10,981 bases of DNA from Candidatus Tectimicrobiota bacterium (GTDB lineage: Bacteria > JACPSX01), in contig JACPSX010000017.1 in assembly GCA_016193065.1 (NCBI GenBank), forward strand, positions 1-10,981, in the 5' to 3' direction. This document shows positions 1 to 6,094 of the stretch, piece after piece; within the stretch, counting starts at the first letter, position 1; each line of letters begins with the position of its first letter. A program made the position numbers and the translations under genes. The notes below the pieces were generated by a model, which made no database searches, was not told the DNA's origin, and worked only from the letters and a program-made list of their open reading frames with translations.

Positions 1-467
1 ATCCCGGGGATGGATATCCCTTCCGCATGGATGTCATAGCCGTTGGGGAAATACCCTCCCGGGTAGGCTCCCCCGGAATCCATCTGGTGGGCCCGGCACA
101 GGGTAAAGAACAGGAGCTCGCCCTTGTAGAAAATGGGGCGGTAGAACCCCCAGTCGGGCAAGTGGCAGCAATAGCCGTGGTAGGGGTCGTTGACCAGGAT
201 CACGTCCCCCGGATTCAAGTTCCCCTTGAACTTGTTCAGCACGTACTCCACGGAGAGCTTCCCCCCCAGGTACTGGATGGACAGGCCGATGGGGATGGCC
301 ACCGTGCGCCCCGTGCCGTCCCAGATCCCCATGGAGACGTCGTGGAGCTGGGCAATCAGGTAATTCTGGGCGGTGCGATCGATGACGTGGCGCATCTCCT
401 TGCAGGTATTCTGGAAGGAGTGCCACACGGTGGACAGAGTGAGGGGATCGACTCGACCGGCAACCAT
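1..467 (-). CDS. Hydantoinase B/oxoprolinase family subunit, N-terminal 155 codons; continues past the left window edge
   Basis: Manually translated from ATG at 467-465, 7 nt after the upstream stop: MVAGRVDPLTLSTVWHSFQNTCKEMRHVIDRTAQNYLIAQLHDVSMGIWD...LNPGDVILVNDPYHGYCCHLPDWGFYRPIFYKGELLFFTLCRAHQMDSGGAYPGGYFPNGYDIHAEGISIPG. It has the family motifs DPxT, PGDVxxxNDPY..HxPD, HxxDxGG.PG and EGxxIP, with no stop in frame. Confidence 0.93.
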   Translation of the reverse strand, partial: MVAGRVDPLTLSTVWHSFQNTCKEMRHVIDRTAQNYLIAQLHDVSMGIWDGTGRTVAIPIGLSIQYLGGKLSVEYVLNKFKGNLNPGDVILVNDPYHGYCCHLPDWGFYRPIFYKGELLFFTLCRAHQMDSGGAYPGGYFPNGYDIHAEGISIPG

Positions 468-474
468 TCTCGTT

Positions 475-2547
475 TTACCTCCGGGTGAGGATGTAGTTTT
501 TCACGCCGTCAACACAGCAGCGGTAGGAAGACGGGATGACCACCGTCGTGGTCTTCTCCTCGACGATTGCCGGGCCTTCCAGTGTGTGCCCGGCGCGTAA
601 TTTGCTGCCATCATAAATCGGGGTGTCTTCATACCCCTTGGTCAGGTTCCACAGGACAGGACGGCGGCGCTTGAGGGCCTGATCGGCCTTCACTGTCGCC
701 TGCGGAATCTCGGCCAGCTTCAAGGGGTCCTGGCGCGCCGTGGCTTTGAGCCGCGCATTGAGGAACTCTACCTCCCGCCCGGGCATGTGGAACGTAAAGA
801 GATCCTGGTGGCGGCGGTGAAAGGCCTGCACGATCTCCTCCAGTTCCCGGGAACCGATCTTCCCGATAGGTACCTCGGTCACCTCCACCTCGTGGAACTG
901 CCCCAAATAGCGCATCTCCAGCGAGCGCCTCAGCACCGTATCCTGCGGGGAAATCCCAATCTCCCCCAGAACCTGGCGGGCCTCCACCTCCATCTCCGCA
1001 AAGAGCCGGTTCACCCGCTCCAGCTCCAACAAGCTCTTGCGGGAAATAATCGAGCGGGCAAAATCCCGCCCCACCTCCATGTTCAGCATCCCAAAGGCAC
1101 TGTAGGTGGCCGCATAGCGGGGGATGATCACCGTGGGAATCTCCAGAAGCTCGGCCAGGTGCGCCCCGTGCACGGGCCCCGCGCCCCCGCCCACCACCAG
1201 GGCAAAGTCCCGCACGTCGTAGCCCCGCTTGGTGGAAATCTCGGTCATCTTGTCGGCCATCACGGAATTGACCGTGGTGAAGATCGTGCGGGCCGCACTG
1301 GGGACATCGAGCCCCAGAGGCTCCCCCACGGTGCGGATCGCCTGCTCGGCCAGATCGGGCTTCAGGGGGATTTCTCCCCCCAAGAAGTAATCCGCCGGGA
1401 CGTAACCCAACATCAGGTCCGCGTCGGTCACCGTGGGCTGGGTGCCCCCCTTCCCGTAGCATGCGGGTCCCGGATCAGCACCCGCGCTTTGCGGACCCAC
1501 CTGCAGGAGCCTCAGGGAATTGATCCAGGCAATGCTCCCCCCGCCGGCCCCCACGCTGGGGACGTCCACCATCTTCATGGCCACCCGCTCATCCCCAACC
1601 CAGTTATAATCCGTCGTCGGGATCATCCCATCCCGGATCAGGCAGACGTCGTAGCTCGTGCCGCCCATGTCCACGGAGAACAGGTTGTTGCTGTGGATGC
1701 ACTGGCCCAGCCGGATGGCGCCCGCCGGAGCCGCGGCGGGGCCCGAGCCGATCAGGGAGACCGCCCGGCGCGCCGATTCCTCCACGGATTGAACCAGGCC
1801 CCCGCCCTGAACCAGGTAGAGCGTCCCCTTGAATCCAAGCTCCCTCAACCGGTTCGTTAGGGCCTTCAGGTAATTGGCAGTAATCGGCCCCACCGCAGCA
1901 CTGACCACCGTGGTGCTGAAGCGTTCGTATTCCCTGTAGACGGGGAGGACCTCGTGAGAAGCGGTCACATAGGTACCGTTCAATTCCTGCCGGCAGATCT
2001 CCAGTGCCCGCTTTTCATGGGCTGGGTTGATGTAGCTATGTAGAAAGCAGATGGCGACTGCTTCGACCTTGTCTTCCTTTAATTTCTTGATGGCGGCGTA
2101 AACGTCTTCTTCCTTTAGAGGCTTCAGGATCTCCCCCGTATGAATCGTTCTCTCCTCGACGGGGAGGCGTAAATAGCGCGGCACCAGGGGCTTGTACGGA
2201 GGAACAAAGACATTAAAGCGGGAGGTGCGGAGGTTTTTGTAGCCCCGGCGAATCTCGATGGTGTCCCGAAACCCTTTGGTGGCCATAAGTCCCACTTTGG
2301 CGATCCGGCCCGTCAGCAAGGCATTGGTGGACAAGGTGGTGCCGTGGGCAATGAGCAGTCCCACATTGGACATGAATTGCGGCAACTCCAGGCCGAAAAA
2401 CGCAGCCGCTTTCGTTAAGACATTGGTCAAGCCAAGAGTGGGATCCTGCGGTGTGGTTGGGGACTTAAAAGCATGAACTTGTCCCTGCTCGTCAAGGACG
2501 AGGCAGTCCGTAAAAGTCCCCCCCACGTCTATCGTGGTCTTGATCAT
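475..2547 (-). CDS. Hydantoinase A/oxoprolinase family ATP-binding subunit (HyuA / acetophenone carboxylase gamma-like), 690 aa
   Basis: Motifs IDVGGTFTD, HGTTLSTNALL, REYERFSTTVV, SGPAA, DMGGTSYDV, GAGGGSIA, VGPQSAGADPGPACYGKGG, PTVTDAD, GGAGPVH, MRYLGQFHE and GPAIVEEKTTT. AAGGAG RBS at 2561-2556. Confidence 0.96.
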   Translation of the reverse strand: MIKTTIDVGGTFTDCLVLDEQGQVHAFKSPTTPQDPTLGLTNVLTKAAAFFGLELPQFMSNVGLLIAHGTTLSTNALLTGRIAKVGLMATKGFRDTIEIRRGYKNLRTSRFNVFVPPYKPLVPRYLRLPVEERTIHTGEILKPLKEEDVYAAIKKLKEDKVEAVAICFLHSYINPAHEKRALEICRQELNGTYVTASHEVLPVYREYERFSTTVVSAAVGPITANYLKALTNRLRELGFKGTLYLVQGGGLVQSVEESARRAVSLIGSGPAAAPAGAIRLGQCIHSNNLFSVDMGGTSYDVCLIRDGMIPTTDYNWVGDERVAMKMVDVPSVGAGGGSIAWINSLRLLQVGPQSAGADPGPACYGKGGTQPTVTDADLMLGYVPADYFLGGEIPLKPDLAEQAIRTVGEPLGLDVPSAARTIFTTVNSVMADKMTEISTKRGYDVRDFALVVGGGAGPVHGAHLAELLEIPTVIIPRYAATYSAFGMLNMEVGRDFARSIISRKSLLELERVNRLFAEMEVEARQVLGEIGISPQDTVLRRSLEMRYLGQFHEVEVTEVPIGKIGSRELEEIVQAFHRRHQDLFTFHMPGREVEFLNARLKATARQDPLKLAEIPQATVKADQALKRRRPVLWNLTKGYEDTPIYDGSKLRAGHTLEGPAIVEEKTTTVVIPSSYRCCVDGVKNYILTRR

Positions 2548-2555
2548 CCAAAATT

Positions 2556-2561
2556 CTCCTT
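2556..2561 (-). promoter_or_regulatory. Shine-Dalgarno (AAGGAG) of the hydantoinase A gene
   Basis: Minus strand reads TTAAGGAGAATTTTGGATG, with 8 nt between the SD and the ATG at 2547. Confidence 0.85.
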
Positions 2562-2606
2562 AAATGCGTAAAGATGGGCTGGCTAGACTGCCCCCCGGCC
2601 AACTAC

Positions 2607-2636
2607 TCTGATTCCAGTTATTTACAGGGAATCAGA
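2607..2636. repeat. Perfect 9-bp inverted repeat TCTGATTCC-N12-GGAATCAGA (leader hairpin or operator)
   Basis: Arms read directly at 2607-2615 and 2628-2636, between the putative promoter and the RBS of the minus-strand operon. Confidence 0.75.
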
Positions 2637-2675
2637 AGGGTAATTTCAGGGCAGGAACCGCAGAACAAAAGCAAG

Positions 2676-2703
2676 ATTATCACAGGCAATTGCCCATTCT
2701 CAA
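2676..2703 (-). promoter_or_regulatory. Putative sigma70 promoter of the hydantoinase operon
   Basis: Minus strand has TTGAGA (2703-2698), a 16-nt spacer and GATAAT (2681-2676), with an extended -10 TGn (TGTGATAAT). Each hexamer matches consensus at 5 of 6 positions. Confidence 0.55.
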
Positions 2704-2979
2704 TAGGCAACCAAGATTATTTTTGTAGCACGTTTTTCCCGGGAATAATCCCGCTCCTTTCGCCGTTTCTCTCCGCTGCATACGACTTTCCAGCACTGCT
2801 TTGGATGGCCTCTTCGGACCTTTCCCGCCACAGGCCCAGGGTAGGGAAAATGGCTCAAGAAAATGATGTAACTACATTCTGTACCGGGGCTGGGATCAAT
2901 GTTAATTCTTTCATGGTTGTTCTTCGAAAGGCGTGTTGGTCCATTGCCATCCCGGCGAGATCCGAAGGGACGGATGACC

Positions 2980-3672
2980 ATGCTGAAATGCCGTTGGGAA
3001 CTCTGCCCCCTGCGCCGCAACGGGATTCTCGCGGAGGAAAACGCCCAGCAGCTTGATGATTACCGGCGCCAGATCTACCCCAGTTTTTACGCCAAGCGCC
3101 AGGTCATCTTTCACGAGGGCAACCCCTGCTTGGGAATCCACGTGCTGTGTTCGGGAACAGTAAAACTGACCCAGACCGATCGCTTCGGTAGGATCCACCT
3201 GCTGAAAATCGTCAAGCCGGGAGACATCATCGGGGACATGGCAGCCTATGAATACCCGGTCTATGCGGTCACGGCCGAAACGGTCGAAAACTGTACGATC
3301 TGTTTTCTACCCAAAGCCGCCCTGCTCGAATTTCTGAACCGCCATTCCGACGTGGCTCTGCGCCTCATCTCCTTGCTGAGTCAGGAATTGCGCAACTCCC
3401 AGGAAAAGATGCGGGATTTCGCCCTGAAAGATGCCGAGGCTCGGCTGGCCACTTTCCTTACAAAACTCGGTGCCGATTACGGCGAGCGCAGCAAGGAAGG
3501 GGTCCGTTTTCGGCTCCCCTTGTCCCGCGGGGAGTTAGCCGAAGCCATCGGAGTCGCACCTGAGACCGTAATTCGCCTCCTGGGCAAGCTTTCCGAAAAA
3601 CGGATTCTAAAGGTCAGAGGCCGTCACTGCGTCATCTCGGACCCCAGCCGCCTGCAAAAGATCGCGGACTAA
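2980..3672 (+). CDS. Crp/Fnr family transcriptional regulator, about 230 aa, Cys-rich
   Basis: Effector beta-barrel (IFHEGNP..IHVLCSGTVKL...IVKPGDIIG), dimerisation helix, AEARLATFL, and HTH LPLSRGELAEAIGVAPETVIRLLGKL. Start moved from 2899 to ATG 2980 (alternative 2974) because GAAGGGA lies at 2964-2970. Confidence 0.93.
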   Translation: MLKCRWELCPLRRNGILAEENAQQLDDYRRQIYPSFYAKRQVIFHEGNPCLGIHVLCSGTVKLTQTDRFGRIHLLKIVKPGDIIGDMAAYEYPVYAVTAETVENCTICFLPKAALLEFLNRHSDVALRLISLLSQELRNSQEKMRDFALKDAEARLATFLTKLGADYGERSKEGVRFRLPLSRGELAEAIGVAPETVIRLLGKLSEKRILKVRGRHCVISDPSRLQKIAD

Positions 3673-3698
3673 GGCGGGAGGCAGGTCGCGGTGGAAAA

Positions 3699-3712
3699 CT
3701 GATTATTATCAA
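3699..3712. promoter_or_regulatory. FNR-type binding box CTGAT-TATT-ATCAA
   Basis: 9 of 10 match to TTGAT-N4-ATCAA, in the intergenic gap between the Crp/Fnr gene and an Fe-S enzyme operon. Confidence 0.75.
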
Positions 3713-3733
3713 TGTAGACCTTGCTCTTCCTCC

Positions 3734-3761
3734 TTGTTCGTAAGGCAGACCTACTTAAACT
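3734..3761 (+). promoter_or_regulatory. Putative sigma70 promoter of the oxidoreductase operon
   Basis: TTGTTC (3734-3739), 16-nt spacer, TAAACT (3756-3761). This would put the FNR box centre at about -61.5/-62.5. Confidence 0.4.
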
Positions 3762-3785
3762 TGGGTCTAAACAGATACCTGAACG

Positions 3786-3798
3786 GTTGTTTAACAAC
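3786..3798. repeat. 13-bp palindrome GTTGTT-T-AACAAC, possible operator
   Basis: Perfect 6-bp arms around one base, ending 23 nt before the gamma-subunit ATG. Confidence 0.5.
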
Positions 3799-3821
3799 TC
3801 CATCAGGATACCAAAGATTCC

Positions 3822-4412
3822 ATGTGGGAGATCCGGTTCCACGGCAGAGGAGGACAGGGAGCCGTTATTGCGTCCAAGATCCTGGCGTCCGCCCTTTTTA
3901 GGGAAGGCCTGTACACCCAGGCTTTCCCTTCCTTCGGGGCGGAGCGGCGCGGGGCTCCAGTGGCGGCTTTCCTGCGCGCCGATCGGGCTCCCATCCGGGT
4001 GCGGGGGGAGATGGCAGGCGCCGACCACCTGCTGATCCTGGATGTCTCCCTGCTTGCTCTCCCGGATCTCCTGAAAGGGTACCGGGAGTCGGGATGGATC
4101 ATCATCAACAGCCCCTGTGCCCCGCTGGATCTGGGTTTCCCCCTTCACTATCGGGTGGCCACCGTGGATGCCGACCGGATTGCCTGGGGCCTGGAGCTGG
4201 GGAGCCGGGCTTTCCCCATCGTCAACACCGCCATACTCGGGGCCTTTGCCCGGGCCAGCGGTCTGGTCTCGGTAGAGTGCCTAAACGACGCTATGAACCC
4301 CTTTATCTCCGTGAAACCCGAGAGGAATCGGAAGGCGATCCGTCAGGCCTACGAGGAGGCAAACCTTAGCGCTCCGCGACCCTTTGAGGTGGAACCGTGC
4401 GCGCAGGGATAG
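3822..4412 (+). CDS. porC: 2-oxoacid:acceptor oxidoreductase gamma subunit (PorC/PorG family), 196 aa
   Basis: EIRFHGRGGQGAV, QAFPSFGAERRGAPVAAF, IIINS, VDADRIA, PIVNTAILGAFAR and NRKAIRQAYE. Confidence 0.95.
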   Translation: MWEIRFHGRGGQGAVIASKILASALFREGLYTQAFPSFGAERRGAPVAAFLRADRAPIRVRGEMAGADHLLILDVSLLALPDLLKGYRESGWIIINSPCAPLDLGFPLHYRVATVDADRIAWGLELGSRAFPIVNTAILGAFARASGLVSVECLNDAMNPFISVKPERNRKAIRQAYEEANLSAPRPFEVEPCAQG

Positions 4413-6094
4413 AAAGCAGTCAGACCTCTACCCTCGTCGCCATATCCACCGGGACGATGGACTGGAACCACACGGGGACTTGGCGCACGCTAAAACCCGT
4501 CTTTCAGACGTTCATCCCCCCTTGCGAGTTGGGTTGCCCCACTGGCGGAAAAATGCGGGAAGTCGCGGCGCTCTTGGCTGCCGACCGATTGCGAGAGGCA
4601 TGGGAGACCTTGGTTATGAACAACCCCTTGCCCGCCGTCTGCGGCCGGGTCTGCAATCATCCTTGCGAGGAGGCCTGCAGCCGCAAGGAACTCGATGAAG
4701 CCGTTTCCCTGCGCGGAATCGAGCGTCACCTGGGGGACTTGGCCCTCAAGAATGGCTGGCACTTCTCTCCTCCAGACCAGATCTGGCCCGAGCGCGTTGC
4801 CATCATCGGCAGCGGTCCCGCAGGTCTTGCTTGCGCTTTCCACGTGCGCCGGCTCGGTTATGGAGTCACCCTGTTTGAAGCCCGAGAGACCCCTGGCGGC
4901 CTTTTACGCTACGGGATCCCCGAGTACCGCCTGTCCCGCGGCATTCTCGATGGGGAGATCTCCCACATTCTGAGCTTAGGGATCGAACTCCAGTTGCGGA
5001 GGTCACTGGGCCAAAATCTCTGGATACAGGATCTGCAGGGCTTCAGGGCGATCTTCCTGGCTACTGGTTTGAGCAAGAGCCGCCGCCTCTACATTCCCGG
5101 AGAAACGTTGCCCGGCGTCCTGTCCGGGCTGGAGTTCCTGGATACAGTGAACAGCAATTCCCGTCCCAACCCGGGCCACCATGTGGTGGTCGTTGGCGGC
5201 GGAAACACGGCCATTGACGCCGCCCGTTCAGCCCTGCGTCTTGGAGCGCGAACCCACGTGGTTTACCGGCGCACACGGGAAGAAATGCCCGCCATCTCTG
5301 AGGAAGTCGAGGCGGCTCGCAGGGAAGGGGTCGAGTTCACATTTCTCACCATACCCGTCTCCATTGAGCACTCCCAGGAAACTACAAGCGGCCGGACGTC
5401 GTTACGGCTGTGCTGCCGGCGCGCGCGCTTCGGAACCTCAGACGCCGGCGGTCGCCCGCAAGTATTCCCGATCCCCCACACCGATTTCATCATAGATGGG
5501 GTCACCAGCGTCATCGCGGCGGTCGGAGAAGAGGCAAACCTGGAGGAGCTCGATCTAAGCCATCTGCAAAGTGACGGCGGAAAACTGGCACTCAGTGCCG
5601 AGCAAGAGAGCGTGATCCCGAACCTCTTCGTGGGGGGAGATCTGGCCTCCGGCGCAGACACCGTGGCGTCGGCCCTGGCCAGCGGCAAGCAGGCCGCCCG
5701 GGCAATTCAGCGGCGTCTGCGAGGCCTGCCGGAAGGCATCTCACCAGAAACTCCCTGGACGGGAAAGATTAACCCCGATTATTTTCTCTCTTCCCCACGA
5801 GCCTCTGCTGCGACTCTTCGCTTAAGCCAACGGGAGAGTTCGTTTGCGGAGGTGAACCAGGGACTTACCCACGAGACCGCCGTTCAGGAATCCCGCCGCT
5901 GTCTTTCCTGTGGATTATGTACCCGCTGCGAGGTCTGCTGGGCCTTCTGTCCCGACCGGGCGGTGGAAAAGGGGGATGACGAATACTGGATCGATTACGA
6001 GCACTGTAAGGGCTGCGGCATCTGCGCCGTGGAATGTCCCCGGGGGGTTATCGCTCTGGCCTTGGAACACCCCTATGCGGGCCGGGAGCTCTAA
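4397..6094 (+). CDS. Delta-subunit (PorD/VorD-like) 2[4Fe-4S] ferredoxin fused with a GltD/NfnB-like FAD/NADP(H) oxidoreductase, 565 aa
   Basis: GTG start after GAGGT, overlapping the gamma gene by 16 nt. Motifs in order: NHTGTWRTLKP; PPCELGCP and CGRVCNHPCEEAC; FAD-binding IIGSGPAG; GGLLRYGIPEYRL; VVGGGNTAIDAAR..VYRR; GGD; FAEV..G...ESRRCLSC; CTRCEVCWAFCP; IDYEHCKGCGICAVECP. Confidence 0.9.
   Translation: MRAGIESSQTSTLVAISTGTMDWNHTGTWRTLKPVFQTFIPPCELGCPTGGKMREVAALLAADRLREAWETLVMNNPLPAVCGRVCNHPCEEACSRKELDEAVSLRGIERHLGDLALKNGWHFSPPDQIWPERVAIIGSGPAGLACAFHVRRLGYGVTLFEARETPGGLLRYGIPEYRLSRGILDGEISHILSLGIELQLRRSLGQNLWIQDLQGFRAIFLATGLSKSRRLYIPGETLPGVLSGLEFLDTVNSNSRPNPGHHVVVVGGGNTAIDAARSALRLGARTHVVYRRTREEMPAISEEVEAARREGVEFTFLTIPVSIEHSQETTSGRTSLRLCCRRARFGTSDAGGRPQVFPIPHTDFIIDGVTSVIAAVGEEANLEELDLSHLQSDGGKLALSAEQESVIPNLFVGGDLASGADTVASALASGKQAARAIQRRLRGLPEGISPETPWTGKINPDYFLSSPRASAATLRLSQRESSFAEVNQGLTHETAVQESRRCLSCGLCTRCEVCWAFCPDRAVEKGDDEYWIDYEHCKGCGICAVECPRGVIALALEHPYAGREL

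Noticed and set aside
27-488. 153-aa plus-strand ORF, and the 34..426 minus-strand ORF
   Set aside because: Antisense and off-frame shadows of the hydantoinase B gene, with no recognisable motifs.
787-1860. 357-aa plus-strand ORF, and the 629..1462 minus-strand ORF
   Set aside because: Shadows of hydantoinase A, expected in high-GC coding DNA.
2609-2634. TGATTC-N14-GAATCA as a PaaX operator
   Set aside because: The half-sites resemble PaaX sites, but the known spacing is about N27, no paaX is in the window, and the site is not upstream of the paaK-like gene.
2886-2899. Autoregulatory FNR box upstream of the regulator
   Set aside because: Only the ATCAA half-site is present; the left half reads GGGGC.
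2899-2979. N-terminal extension of the Crp/Fnr ORF
   Set aside because: A better RBS precedes ATG 2974/2980, which gives a typical family length of about 230 aa.
2574-3056. 160-aa plus-strand and 106-aa minus-strand ORFs in the divergent intergenic region
   Set aside because: No family motifs or convincing RBS, and they overlap promoter elements and the regulator start. They cannot be fully excluded without expression data.
3673-3720. Intrinsic terminator after the regulator gene
   Set aside because: No stable GC hairpin followed by a U-tract was found.
4397-6094. Annotation as glutamate synthase small subunit (gltD)
   Set aside because: No gltB is nearby, and the PorD-type termini and delta gene position indicate an oxidoreductase subunit.
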